In this document: positions 35,466 through 45,545 of the stretch, piece after piece
How the letters are laid out: the number at the start of each line of letters is the position of its first letter
How positions within the stretch are numbered: the stretch's first letter is position 1
Assembly (NCBI GenBank): GCA_021781995.1
Contig: JAJXVT010000004.1
Coordinates: 1 to 63,449 of the forward strand
Direction: 5' to 3'
Length of the DNA: 63,449 nucleotides
From: a bacterium
GTDB lineage: Bacteria > Chlamydiota > Chlamydiia > Chlamydiales > SM23-39
The notes under the pieces: generated by a model
Databases searched by the model: none
What the model saw: the letters and a program-made list of their open reading frames with translations, nothing else
What the model was told of the DNA's origin: nothing
Position numbers and translations under genes: made by a program

Positions 35466-37227
35466 GAGCACCTCTAGAAGCTATTGTTTCTTTCACTGCG
35501 GCGATTGCCTCTTTATATTGTTTAGTTTGGAAAGGCAAAAAGTTGATATTTTTCATATCGTTTTGCAATCCGAGGAAAAAGATCCTCGCGGCATCATGGC
35601 TATCAAAATCAAAGCGCGCCTCAAAAAGCTCATGAATCAGAGTAAACATGTCCACTTGCCGATCCAAAGGACAGTACGCATCTTCTTTATCGAAGGCATT
35701 TTGCTGCAAATAGCAAAAATCGTACAATTCCCCCTTCAAATAAGTGAGCATATCCTCTAAAGCAATCCCCTCTTCTCCAACCACTTCCATCCGCTTGCCG
35801 ATTTCATCGCTTTTACGCAGCAAATCCGCGCACACGCGCACTTTATGCTCCCAACCGGATAAACGGCCATTGAGTTCAGCGGAGACTGGCCCTAAATATT
35901 TTGTCCAAGAAATCAATGGATCTACCGCAGGATAACGCCGCGCATCGGAACGAGCCCGAGACAAACCGTGAAAGGCACCGACAATCGCAAGAGATGCCTG
36001 CGTAACCGGCTCTTCAAAGTTCCCGCCCGCTGGCGAAACGCTTCCGCCAATTGTCAACGACCCCTGTTTATCGCCGATTAGTTCCACAACGCCGGCGCGT
36101 TCATAAAAAGCTGCAATCCTAGAAGCCAAATAAGCGGGAAACGCCTCTTCGCCAGGAATTTCTTCCAATCGCCCTGACATTTCGCGCATGGCTTGCGCCC
36201 AACGCGAAGTTGAATCGGCAAGCAGCAGAACATCGAGCCCCATTTGACGGTAATATTCTGCAATCGCCGCGCCCATATAAACAGACGCTTCCCGAGCCGC
36301 TACCGGCATCGATGAAGTATTGCAAATCATCACGGTCCGCTGCATGAGAGGCTCGTTAGTATGAGGATCTGTCAATTCAGGAAAAGTCTTCAATACCTCC
36401 ACCACTTCTCCCGCGCGCTCTCCGCAAGCCACAATCACGACAATATCGACCGCCGAGTATTTAGATAAGTGGTGCTGCATCACCGTTTTACCGGCGCCAA
36501 ACGGCCCCGGAGAACAAAAAGAACCGCCTTTCAATACAGGAAATTGCGTATCGATAATTCTCAATCCCGTATCCATCATGCGCGACGGACGGACTTTTTT
36601 TCCCTCAATCAATGGCGCTTTTACCGGCCAACGCTGCAGCATGGTAAACGAATGCTTAACCCCTTGTTCATCGACACCCTCGGCGATCACTTCATCAATG
36701 CGGTAATTACCGCTATGCGCAACCGAAGTGATCTTCACCTTGCCAAAGACCGAAAACGGAACCATAATTTGGTGTTTAAAACGCTCTTCCGGAACCCAGC
36801 CCAAAGAGTCGCCTCTTTTCAACAAATCGCCGCTTTTAGCCAAAGGTTCAAAAGCCCATTTTTTCTCCCGATCCAAAGGTGGCAGATAAACCCCGCGCGA
36901 CATGTAAACGCCCGTTTTTTCAGCCACATTTTCCAATGGATTTTGCAAGCCGTCAAAAATGGTCTTTAATAAGCCCGGTCCCAATTCTGCTTCCAGTAAG
37001 TGATCGGTAAATTCCACTGGCGCGTTGAGCCGAACGCCGCGAGTATCTTCAAATACCTGCACTTTTGCCATCGTACCTGCAATTTCAATCACCTCAGCCA
37101 AAAGCGAATCATTGCCAGCTCGCACCAGAGCGACCTCTCCTTGGCGGATATTGCCCTCAAAGCGAATATGGAGCAGGTTGCCAAACGCCTCAATTACCGT
37201 TCCGGTAGCGTGTATTTTTTTATTCAT
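35449..37227 (-). CDS. atpA: V-type ATPase subunit A (catalytic)
   Basis: Walker [64 protein letters not shown]. Confidence 0.95.
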
Positions 37228-37996
37228 ATTTGCTCAAGTCTTCCATGATTTTGCGCCCCTCTTCCGATTTCAAACCATCCCATGATTCGGCAATGATAAG
37301 CCGAGCGAGGTAGTTTAAAATGCGATCTGGGGTAAAGTGTTGATTTTCGGACAATTCCTCATATTTATTAAAGCGAAACTGCAACTCTGCCTGAAAAAGT
37401 TGCTTCGGATCGTCTTTGTAACGCTCAAATGAAGCTTTCAGCATTTCATATTCTGATGGAGGGATATAATCTTGCGCATCTTTTTGCGCTAAAATATCGG
37501 CTACAAAAGGATCGGTTGGATCTTCAAATTGCAATTCGCGCGCGACATCTCGGCTGAGATATTTTGAACGCAAAGCGCACAACACTAAGCGAACCTCGCG
37601 TTCCAGCGCGTAACTTTGTCCCACAAAACCGCTGTGAGATTCCCGATAAAGAGAAGCGTAAAGAGAAGCAAAATAACGCAGGCGCTCTCTTAAAGAATCA
37701 TAGCGCTCCAGAAAATCTCCGACAAAAACCGGCAGCTGTTCTCGCACTAAAAGAGCCTCTTCTAGCTCTTTTGCGCTAAAATTACCCCGTTCATCTAAAG
37801 GCAAACCCAACCACAATGCAGCGATATTCGCCACATCAATCGGACGAAGCATAGCCGCCACTTTTTGCAAATCGCCCTCTCGGAGATTTTCATTGAGTAG
37901 AATCTTCAAATCTACAAATGACAGTTCTGGAGCCTCGCCTAATGTAAGCGGAGGTAGCGCAGCCCCTACGAAGTAGTAATCGCACAGCGGGTTCAT
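37220..37996 (-). CDS. V-ATPase-operon protein of unknown role (DUF2764-like; occupies the position of a C/d-type accessory subunit)
   Basis: Intact 258-codon ORF overlapping both atpE (upstream) and atpA (downstream). MNPLCDYYFVGAALPPLTLGE... As I recall, the equivalent slot in chlamydial V-ATPase operons holds a hypothetical protein. Confidence 0.6.
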   Translation of the reverse strand: MNPLCDYYFVGAALPPLTLGEAPELSFVDLKILLNENLREGDLQKVAAMLRPIDVANIAALWLGLPLDERGNFSAKELEEALLVREQLPVFVGDFLERYDSLRERLRYFASLYASLYRESHSGFVGQSYALEREVRLVLCALRSKYLSRDVARELQFEDPTDPFVADILAQKDAQDYIPPSEYEMLKASFERYKDDPKQLFQAELQFRFNKYEELSENQHFTPDRILNYLARLIIAESWDGLKSEEGRKIMEDLSKYE

Positions 37997-38619
37997 ACCT
38001 GAAATACAAGCTCACGTAAATCTTTGCGGATATATCCTGCGACTAGCTCTTTTACGACTTTATCGGAAATATCGATCGTAATCTGCCGTCCTGCCATCCG
38101 AATTTGCACTCCCCCGTCGAAGCTACCCAACTCAACAGTGTGATTTTTTAGCCGTTCCAAAACATTTTTAGCCAAAAGAGAACTAATTGAACGCGGCTGC
38201 ATCGATTTAGGAATCAGAACCTCAAAGTCTTCCTCAATCCCCTGCTCCTCTAAAGAGCGCATAAAGCTTTGAATCAATTCTACGATGAGTTGAGGGCTGG
38301 ACATCTCTTTAGCTACCATTTCAGCCAGCGCCTCCGAAAACAGCTTCTGTTCGATTTTTTGTTTCAAAGTTTCCACGGTTTGGCGGCAAGCAAGAGTTAA
38401 AGACGCTTGAGCCACTTTTTGTTTTTCCTCAATTGCAAGCCGCGCCTCTTTTTGGATTATTTCGGCCTGCTGCCTTGCCTCGCGTACGATTTCAGCAGCC
38501 TGAGATCTTGCGTTTTCCAGCAGTTCCCGAACCTCTTGTTTAGCCGGTTCGATCGTCTCTTTGCGGATTGCGTCGCAAATCTTTTGAATTTTGTCTTTTC
38601 CAGATTCTAAATTTTTCAT
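37993..38619 (-). CDS. atpE: V-type ATPase subunit E
   Basis: Long N-terminal charged helix (KIQKICDAIRKETIEPAKQEVRELLENARSQAAEIVREARQQAEIIQKEARLAIEEKQK) and a C-terminal globular part. First gene of the operon. Confidence 0.75.
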   Translation of the reverse strand: MKNLESGKDKIQKICDAIRKETIEPAKQEVRELLENARSQAAEIVREARQQAEIIQKEARLAIEEKQKVAQASLTLACRQTVETLKQKIEQKLFSEALAEMVAKEMSSPQLIVELIQSFMRSLEEQGIEEDFEVLIPKSMQPRSISSLLAKNVLERLKNHTVELGSFDGGVQIRMAGRQITIDISDKVVKELVAGYIRKDLRELVFQV

Positions 38620-38825
38620 CCGCCAACCATAATTTAGTCATATACTCCAATTGAAAAGCACCTTTAAAAAGCACCTTTGCCCGAGCAAAGCGATTTTGCA
38701 ACTGGCTCGCATCATTTATACCGATTGAAATCAGCTCCACTAACAGATTCTACAACTCATCGCATTTCTGCTCAAGAAATGGAAAATAGTAGCCAATAAA
38801 ATCTGCTTATGCGAATAGGAAGAAT

Positions 38826-39104
38826 ATGAAAAGATTGACCCTCACCATCACCCTTCTTTGCTTTACCGGCTCGCTTTTTGCCCAAGAAAAAGAGCAGCCG
38901 CCCGCTGTCCCTGCGCCCATTGCACAGCAAGCAGCCGCTCCCATCGAAAAAACAGCCCCGCAGCGCTGCAACAGTGAACCGCCCGGTTACATGACCCGCG
39001 ATACCACCGCGATTTCAATGATGGGCTGGGGCCTTCTTCTCGCCATCGGCATTGCTACCTTTTGTTCTTTGACCGAAAAAAATGCCACAAAGGATGCCAA
39101 CTAA
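38826..39104 (+). CDS. Small secreted/membrane protein (signal peptide, Pro/Ala/Gln-rich linker, C-terminal TM)
   Basis: MKRLTLTITLLCFTGSLFA/QEKEQPPAVPAPIAQQ...WGLLLAIGIATFCSL. Confidence 0.5.
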   Translation: MKRLTLTITLLCFTGSLFAQEKEQPPAVPAPIAQQAAAPIEKTAPQRCNSEPPGYMTRDTTAISMMGWGLLLAIGIATFCSLTEKNATKDAN

Positions 39105-39349
39105 TGAAATACTACCTGCCGCTGTTCCTTTCCGTCCTTTCTCTTTACGCCGAGCAAGCCCCGCAGCCCTCTTCCGCCCCCGCCATTGAAGAGCTCCATG
39201 AAATTCCCGTTCCGCCTCCACCGCCTCAAGCAAAAGACTATACCGCGCAAAACTGGGCATTTGCCGGAGGCGCGGCCGCCGCTGCCGCCATTGGCATCGT
39301 TTTAGTCATCATCAATCAAGGAGAATCGGCGCACGCTCCCATTCCTTGA
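39104..39349 (+). CDS. Small secreted/membrane protein with the same architecture as the preceding gene (TAATG overlap)
   Basis: MKYYLPLFLSVLSLYA/EQAPQPSSAPAIEELHEIPVPPPPPQ...FAGGAAAAAAIGIVLVII. The track start 39062 is an over-extension. Confidence 0.5.
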   Translation: MKYYLPLFLSVLSLYAEQAPQPSSAPAIEELHEIPVPPPPPQAKDYTAQNWAFAGGAAAAAAIGIVLVIINQGESAHAPIP

Positions 39350-39456
39350 ACGAACCGGTTGCAACACCACTTTGCTTGAGAAAATCGATGATTTTTATGG
39401 CAAATTCATTTTGCAATTGGCTCTAAATTCACAAAAATTGTTATGCTGGTCAAAAA

Positions 39457-40395
39457 ATGAGCAAGAATCAACTCGAATTACTCAAGCAAATGACGACAGT
39501 AGTTGCCGATACGGGCGACTTTGAGTCCATTCGCGCCTATTCACCGACAGATGCCACAACCAATCCCTCGCTGATATTTCAAGCCGCGCAGCAACCCCAA
39601 TACAAGCATCTCGTCGACGAAGCAATTCGCTCCGGCAATGGCAATAAAAACGAAATTCTCGATCGCATCTTTGTCAATTTCGGGAAAGAAATCCTCAAAA
39701 TCGTTCCCGGCCGCGTTTCGACTGAAGTCGACGCTCGCCTTTCCTTTGATTTACAAGGCAGCCTAGCCAAGGCTCGCCACATCATATCCCTTTATGAAAC
39801 AGCCGGCATCAATCGATCTCGGGTTCTCATCAAACTCGCATCCACCTGGGAAGGGATTCAAGCCGCTGCGATTCTAGAAAAAGAACATATTCATTGTAAT
39901 ATGACTTTACTTTTCAGCCTAACCCAAGCCGTTGGCTGCGCTGAAGCGCACGCTACACTCATATCCCCTTTTGTCGGCCGCATCCTTGACTGGTACAAAA
40001 AAAACACCGGAACACCATCCTATACTCCAGCTGAAGATCCCGGAGTACGTTCTGTCACATCCATCTACAATTATTATAAAAAGTTCGGATACAAGACGCA
40101 GATTATGGGAGCCTCTTTCCGCAACAAAGATGAAATCACCGAGCTTGCCGGCTGCGATCTTCTCACGATTGCCCCTGCGCTGCTTTCCGAGCTAAACGGT
40201 TGCACCGCCCCCCTCCCCCGAAAACTCTCTCCATCCACTGCAGCTTCGCTGCCCATTGAAAAAATCCATCTCGACGAAAAAGCCTTTCGTTGGCAGCTAA
40301 ACGAAGACCCCATGGCTACCGACAAACTCGCTGAAGGCATTCGCAAATTTGCTGAAGACATCGTCAAACTCGAAGCTCTTTTTGGGATATCGTAA
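39457..40395 (+). CDS. tal: Transaldolase (class A)
   Basis: [44 protein letters not shown] (Schiff-base Lys), [11 protein letters not shown]. Confidence 0.95.
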   Translation: MSKNQLELLKQMTTVVADTGDFESIRAYSPTDATTNPSLIFQAAQQPQYKHLVDEAIRSGNGNKNEILDRIFVNFGKEILKIVPGRVSTEVDARLSFDLQGSLAKARHIISLYETAGINRSRVLIKLASTWEGIQAAAILEKEHIHCNMTLLFSLTQAVGCAEAHATLISPFVGRILDWYKKNTGTPSYTPAEDPGVRSVTSIYNYYKKFGYKTQIMGASFRNKDEITELAGCDLLTIAPALLSELNGCTAPLPRKLSPSTAASLPIEKIHLDEKAFRWQLNEDPMATDKLAEGIRKFAEDIVKLEALFGIS

Positions 40396-40505
40396 AGTTC
40401 CTAAAGAAAACTTCCAGCTTCTGAAGAAGCAGTTAAAAAACTCCATCCCCCAGAAAAATCGATTTTCCCAGGTATTGCAACCCCCATTCTAACCCAAATT
40501 ATTTT

Positions 40506-40514
40506 TGGTATAAT
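40506..40514 (+). promoter_or_regulatory. Extended -10 promoter candidate for the Inc-like gene
   Basis: TGGTATAAT (TGn + consensus TATAAT) about 80 nt upstream of ATG 40594, in an AT-rich spacer. Confidence 0.35.
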
Positions 40515-40593
40515 TTCTTAACTTTAAACCTTACGCAATTAAAATTTTAATGATACAATATTGTTATTAAATAAATAGAACGCGAGGGTTTTT

Positions 40594-41229
40594 ATGAGCG
40601 CAATAACAAGTAGATTATCAATACCGGATTGTTCATCGCTAACTAGTAATAATAAACAAAAAATTTTACAAGTTACTAGCAAAGTTACAGCCGTTGCAGC
40701 TGTAGCCTTAGCGATTGCAGCAATTGCGGCAGGCATAGCAGCTCCGCTTTCAGCCGTATCAATTATGATGTTAGCGGCCGGCGCCGCTGGTGCAACCGGC
40801 ATCAGTTTGGGAGCATACATTCGCGCAAACAATATGCTAACGGAAAGCACAGCATCTAGACCAGAAGTTTTTGCTCCACTAGAGCTGTTCGCCCAACAAA
40901 GACACGAAGATCCAAAGCCTAATCCTCTAGCAGCAAGAGCATCCCAAACCCCAGAGGAAGAAGGAGCAGTATTCCGTCGTGCTTTGGAGGAGGGTTTGCA
41001 GGAGAAGGGAGGACCATACGGCGATCCAAGCACAGCAGCATTCATCGCAGTTGAGAAGAGCAGCAGGAGGAGACCAGTTGCCCCACCTCAAGTGCCTGAA
41101 GAGGATGGTGTATTTGATGCCTCCGCCATACTACCCAACTACGGAAAATTGCCAGCGGCAGCTGCGGCGGCCATTCAACAAGATGCGCAATTAGAGGCTG
41201 CAGCGGGGGCTGCAGAATTCCGTCCATGA
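40594..41229 (+). CDS. Inc-like membrane protein candidate (bilobed hydrophobic domain)
   Basis: VTAVAAVALAIAAIAAGIAA-PLS-AVSIMMLAAGAAGATGISLGAYI lies ~30 aa from the N-terminus. The rest is Ala/Glu/Pro-rich and looks disordered. Confidence 0.6.
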   Translation: MSAITSRLSIPDCSSLTSNNKQKILQVTSKVTAVAAVALAIAAIAAGIAAPLSAVSIMMLAAGAAGATGISLGAYIRANNMLTESTASRPEVFAPLELFAQQRHEDPKPNPLAARASQTPEEEGAVFRRALEEGLQEKGGPYGDPSTAAFIAVEKSSRRRPVAPPQVPEEDGVFDASAILPNYGKLPAAAAAAIQQDAQLEAAAGAAEFRP

Positions 41230-41284
41230 CATTCGATGGTTAGGTGACCTTTTCATCAACCACCTTAGGGATTAGTTTTAGAAT

Positions 41285-41323
41285 AAAAAAAAAGGCGAGG
41301 GATATTCCCTCGCCTTTTTTTTT
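41285..41323. terminator. Bidirectional intrinsic terminator between the Inc-like gene and rpoC
   Basis: A9 - GGCGAGGGA - tat - TCCCTCGCC - T9 (stem 41294..41302 / 41306..41314). Confidence 0.85.
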
Positions 41324-41348
41324 GAATTGCGCGAAATAAAACTGTGCT

Positions 41349-44300
41349 TTACACCACCTCAGATGCGAAATCAAACACCATTTCATCAGCGCCTTGTAGA
41401 TCGCTAAACTTGTCCCCTTTCATATGATACTGGAAGCCAGTTCCACCAGGTATCATGTGACCCATGATCAGGTTGGCTTTAATATCATTGAGGTTATCCG
41501 TTTTGCTTTCACTTGCCGCTTCAGTAAGAACGCGCGTTGTTTCCTGGAAGGAGGCTGCCGATACAAAAGATTCGGTACCAAGCGATGCGCGAGTGATGCC
41601 AAGAAGGGTCGGGGCTGCTTGCGCAGGCTTGCCGCCTTCTTCGATCGTCTTGCGATTTTGCTCATGGAACGCCTTCTTGTCGACATCTTCGCCGTGCAAA
41701 AATGTGGTGTCGCCGGGATCGGTGATACGCACTTTCTGCAACATCTGACGAGAGATAATCTCAATGTGCTTGTCGTTGATGTCTACCCCTTGTAAGCGGT
41801 AAACTTCTTGGACTTGATTCACAAGATACTTCTGCAATTCACGCACGCCGCAAATATCGAGGATCTCTTGGAGAACCACAAGTCCTTCGGTAATTTGCTG
41901 ACCCTTTACAACCATATCCCCTTTCTGCACGATCAAGTGCTTTGTCAAAGGAATGAGATGCTCTTCTTCCATACCGGTAATATTGTCTCGTACAACCACA
42001 ATGCGCTTGTTCTTCTGAACGCCGCGGAAGTCCACCTCGCCATCGAGCTTTGCAATCTCTGCAGCGTCTTTAGGACGGCGCGCTTCAAAAAGCTCGGCAA
42101 CTCGGGGCAGACCGCCCGTGATATCCTTCGTCTTGATTGCTCCGCGCGGCAATTTCGCAAGCACCATACCGGCAGGGACAAATTGCCCTTCTCTTGCGGT
42201 AATGATAGCGCCAGACGGAATCGCGTAGGTGCCAACGAGATCTTTGTAATCCGGATCGGTATAAATCGCCACTTGCGGGTGAAGCTCTCCGCGATGCTGC
42301 TTCACAACCAGCTCGACTTGACCTGTCTGCTTGTTGACTTCGCGCTGCGTCGAAATTCCTTCCACAAGATCTTCGTACTTGACGTATCCTGGGCGTTCGC
42401 AAATAATCGGACTGCTGTGCTGCTCCCACTGGCCAATCTTGACTTTCTTCTTGATCTTGACGCCATCGGCAAAAAGAATCTTAGTGCCCAGCTCAACTTG
42501 GAATGACTGAAGCGGTTCGATCGACTTATTGCTGAGAAGCTTTTTATAGTCCTCAAGTGTTCTGCCTTCATCTCGAACAACCATTACAGAGCCGTTTTTG
42601 TTCAGCGCCAACCAATGTCCTTCTTCGTTTTGTACAACGCGAAGATCCATGTAGACGATGACGCCATCGTGCTCGGAAATCAGCTCGGGGCTGAGACCTG
42701 CAGACGCGATACCGCCCAAGTGGAACGTTCTCATGGTGAGCTGTGTTCCGGGTTCACCGATCGACTGAGCAGCGATAATGCCAATTGCCTCTCCAAGGCC
42801 GACTAAATTGCCGGTCGCAAGGTTCAATCCATAGCATTTAGCGCAAATGCCGCGGCGGCTTTCACAGGTGAGAGCCGAACGAATGCGGACGCTTTCAATG
42901 CCTGCGTCGTCAATCGCTTCTGCTTGTATCGCCGAAAGAATATCTCCGGAACGAGCGAGCAGCTTGGTGCTGTCGCCAGGCTGGTAAATATCATCGAGCA
43001 CTGTACGACCAAAAATACGATCTTTCAATGGCAGGAGTTCTTCATTGCCTTGCTTGATCGCCATAACTTCAATGCCGTTCAATGTACCGCAATCATCGCG
43101 GGTGACAATAACGTCTTGGGATACGTCGACCAAACGTCGTGTTAGATATCCTGAGTCAGCCGTTTTCAACGCTGTATCGGAAAGACCTTTACGGGCTCCG
43201 TGAGTTGAAATGAAGTATTCCATAACAGTCAAACCTTCTCGGAAGTTAGCCGTAATCGGAGATTCGATGATCTCGCCTGATGGGCGAGCCATCAAACCGC
43301 GCAACGCTCCGCTCTGACGAACCTGAGATTTATTGCCGCGAGCTCCGGAGTCAACCATCAAATACAACGGATTGAGGTGGCCGCTAGTCGTGTCAAAAAT
43401 CAGCTTAAAGAGATCATCTGAAAGTTTATCGGAAACTTCCGTCCAGATACTAATAATCTTAGAGTGTCTCTCGCCTTCAGTAATGATACCATCTTCATAC
43501 TGCTTTTTCACAACAGCTACGCGCTTATAAGCCTCTTCCAAGACCTGTTTTTTGTGGCCTGGTACTTTAATATCGCACATACCCATCGAAATGGCCGCTT
43601 TCGTCGCTTCGGAGAAGCCCAAGTTCTTCATCTTATCGAGGAACTGAACGGTCGCTTCCAATCCGAGTTTCTTATAGCACTCCAATACGAGTTCCGAAAG
43701 TCTCTTCTTGCGCAAGACGTAGTTTTGGAAACCCAATCCTTTTGGCACGATCGTATTGAACACGACTCGACCAGGAGTTGTTTCGACAATGCCGCCATCC
43801 ACGCGCACTTTAATTTTCTCGTGAATATACATTCCGCGACCTAAATGCTCGCGACGGCCTGTCTTTTCTTTTCCTTGCTCATCATACCAAATCCAGCTTC
43901 CGCTAGAATGAAGCGCCATGAGAACTTCTTCGGGACTTGCAAAAACTTTTACCTTTGCATCTTTGCGATCGGGATGAACGACCGGATCATGCATGAGGTA
44001 ATAAAGACCTAAGATCATGTCCTGCGAAGGAACAGTCACCGGTTTACCAGACGATGGCAAGAAGATGTTATCTGGAGCCATCATCAATAATTTTGCTTCT
44101 AACTGAGCTTCGATTGAGAGCGGAATGTGAACAGCCATCTGGTCGCCGTCAAAGTCCGCGTTAAACGCCGGGGTTACAAGCGGGTGAATTCGGATCGCTT
44201 TACCTTCGATCAAAACAGGTTCGAACGCTTGAATACCAAGGCGGTGAAGCGTAGGAGCACGGTTGAGAAGCACAGGGTGGCCTTTAATGATCTCTTCCAA

Positions 44301-45527
44301 TACGTCCCAAACTTCAGGAGCTTGCTTTTGAATCATCTTCTTAGCAGAGCGAATCGTGTAAACATAACCGAGGTCTTTGAGTCTTTTCACAATGAACGGC
44401 TCAAAGAGATCTAGTGCCATCTTCTTAGGCAAACCGCACTGATTGAAGCGCAATTCAGGCCCAACGACGATCACAGATCGGCCGGAATAGTCTACCCGTT
44501 TTCCGAGCAGGTTTTGACGGAAGCGTCCTTGTTTACCTTTGAGCATTTCGGAAAGAGCTTTCAACGGACGGTTGCCGGCGCCCATGACGGGATGGCCATG
44601 GCGGCCGTTGTCAAAGAGGGCATCGACAGCTTCTTGCAGCATGCGCTTTTCATTGCGGATGATGACGTCTGGTGTTTTCAATTTCAAAATCGATTTGAGT
44701 CGATTATTTCGGTTGATAACGCGTCGATACAAATCATTGAGATCCGAAGTCGCAAAACGTCCGCCATCGAGGGGAACGAGTGGGCGTAAATCGGGAGGGA
44801 TGACGGGAACGCAAGACAAAACCATCCAATCGGCTTGGTTTGTCGAGCTAGCATAACCTTCCACAATTTTCAGCCTCTTAGCCAGCTTCATTCTAGCCTG
44901 CATCGACTTGGTCTTGCGCAATTTATCTTTTAGATCGATAACAAGACCGCTGAGATCTTCTGTTTTCAAAAGTTCTTGAACTGCTTCGCCGCCCATCATC
45001 ACTTTGAATCCATCGCTGCCCCATTTTTCTTGAGCTTCGCGGTATTCATTGTCATTGAGCAGTTGTTTCTTCTGCAGTTCGGTTCGACCGGGATCTGTCA
45101 CGACATATTCTTCATAATAGATCACGCGTTCAAGATCTGAAGTCGACATACCCAAGATATTGCCAATACGAGATGGCATTGTCTTGAAAAACCAAATATG
45201 AACAACAGGAACAGCTAGGTCAATGTGAGCCATTCGTTCGCGTCTTACCTTCGAAATGGTAACTTCCACTCCGCAACGATCGCAAACGATACCTTTGTGC
45301 TTGATCTTCTTGTATTTACCGCATGCGCATTCCCAATCACGAGTTGGCCCGAAGATTTTTTCGCAGAACAACCCGCCCTTCTCAGGCTTGAAGGTACGGT
45401 AGTTGATCGTCTCAGGTTTTTTGATCTCTCCGCGAGACCACTGATTGCGGATCACGTCATCCGACGCAATCTTGATCGTCAGTTTATCGAACTGCGACGC
45501 TCTTACATCATCATCAGCATCAAACAT
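41349..45527 (-). CDS. rpoC: DNA-directed RNA polymerase subunit beta'
   Basis: 1392 aa. Zn-finger [23 protein letters not shown], catalytic NADFDGDQM, and full-length collinearity with bacterial RpoC motifs. Confidence 0.98.
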   Translation of the reverse strand: MFDADDDVRASQFDKLTIKIASDDVIRNQWSRGEIKKPETINYRTFKPEKGGLFCEKIFGPTRDWECACGKYKKIKHKGIVCDRCGVEVTISKVRRERMAHIDLAVPVVHIWFFKTMPSRIGNILGMSTSDLERVIYYEEYVVTDPGRTELQKKQLLNDNEYREAQEKWGSDGFKVMMGGEAVQELLKTEDLSGLVIDLKDKLRKTKSMQARMKLAKRLKIVEGYASSTNQADWMVLSCVPVIPPDLRPLVPLDGGRFATSDLNDLYRRVINRNNRLKSILKLKTPDVIIRNEKRMLQEAVDALFDNGRHGHPVMGAGNRPLKALSEMLKGKQGRFRQNLLGKRVDYSGRSVIVVGPELRFNQCGLPKKMALDLFEPFIVKRLKDLGYVYTIRSAKKMIQKQAPEVWDVLEEIIKGHPVLLNRAPTLHRLGIQAFEPVLIEGKAIRIHPLVTPAFNADFDGDQMAVHIPLSIEAQLEAKLLMMAPDNIFLPSSGKPVTVPSQDMILGLYYLMHDPVVHPDRKDAKVKVFASPEEVLMALHSSGSWIWYDEQGKEKTGRREHLGRGMYIHEKIKVRVDGGIVETTPGRVVFNTIVPKGLGFQNYVLRKKRLSELVLECYKKLGLEATVQFLDKMKNLGFSEATKAAISMGMCDIKVPGHKKQVLEEAYKRVAVVKKQYEDGIITEGERHSKIISIWTEVSDKLSDDLFKLIFDTTSGHLNPLYLMVDSGARGNKSQVRQSGALRGLMARPSGEIIESPITANFREGLTVMEYFISTHGARKGLSDTALKTADSGYLTRRLVDVSQDVIVTRDDCGTLNGIEVMAIKQGNEELLPLKDRIFGRTVLDDIYQPGDSTKLLARSGDILSAIQAEAIDDAGIESVRIRSALTCESRRGICAKCYGLNLATGNLVGLGEAIGIIAAQSIGEPGTQLTMRTFHLGGIASAGLSPELISEHDGVIVYMDLRVVQNEEGHWLALNKNGSVMVVRDEGRTLEDYKKLLSNKSIEPLQSFQVELGTKILFADGVKIKKKVKIGQWEQHSSPIICERPGYVKYEDLVEGISTQREVNKQTGQVELVVKQHRGELHPQVAIYTDPDYKDLVGTYAIPSGAIITAREGQFVPAGMVLAKLPRGAIKTKDITGGLPRVAELFEARRPKDAAEIAKLDGEVDFRGVQKNKRIVVVRDNITGMEEEHLIPLTKHLIVQKGDMVVKGQQITEGLVVLQEILDICGVRELQKYLVNQVQEVYRLQGVDINDKHIEIISRQMLQKVRITDPGDTTFLHGEDVDKKAFHEQNRKTIEEGGKPAQAAPTLLGITRASLGTESFVSAASFQETTRVLTEAASESKTDNLNDIKANLIMGHMIPGGTGFQYHMKGDKFSDLQGADEMVFDFASEVV

Positions 45528-45545
45528 CTAAAATCCCCTTTCTTC

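Noticed and set aside
36469-36969. 166-aa plus-strand ORF inside atpA (also 34917..35279 and 35350..35760 inside atpB/atpA)
   Set aside because: They are antisense to strongly conserved V-ATPase A/B coding sequence, and their products are Arg-rich nonsense typical of shadow ORFs.
31204-38619. V-type ATPase operon as horizontally acquired novelty
   Set aside because: A V-type ATPase with exactly this gene order is a well-known conserved trait of Chlamydiae. Only the appended pseudokinase is unusual.
38655-38690. Short direct repeat AAAGCACCTTT x2 upstream of the V-ATPase operon as a regulatory iteron
   Set aside because: There are only two 11-12-nt copies in an AT-rich leader. That is too short to distinguish from chance without comparative data.
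40539-41045. 168-aa minus-strand ORF opposite the Inc-like gene
   Set aside because: It is the antisense reading of an Ala/Gly-rich (GCN-rich) coding region and gives a low-complexity Ala/Ser/Pro product. There is no RBS or motif. The plus-strand ORF has a promoter, a terminator and the bilobed domain.
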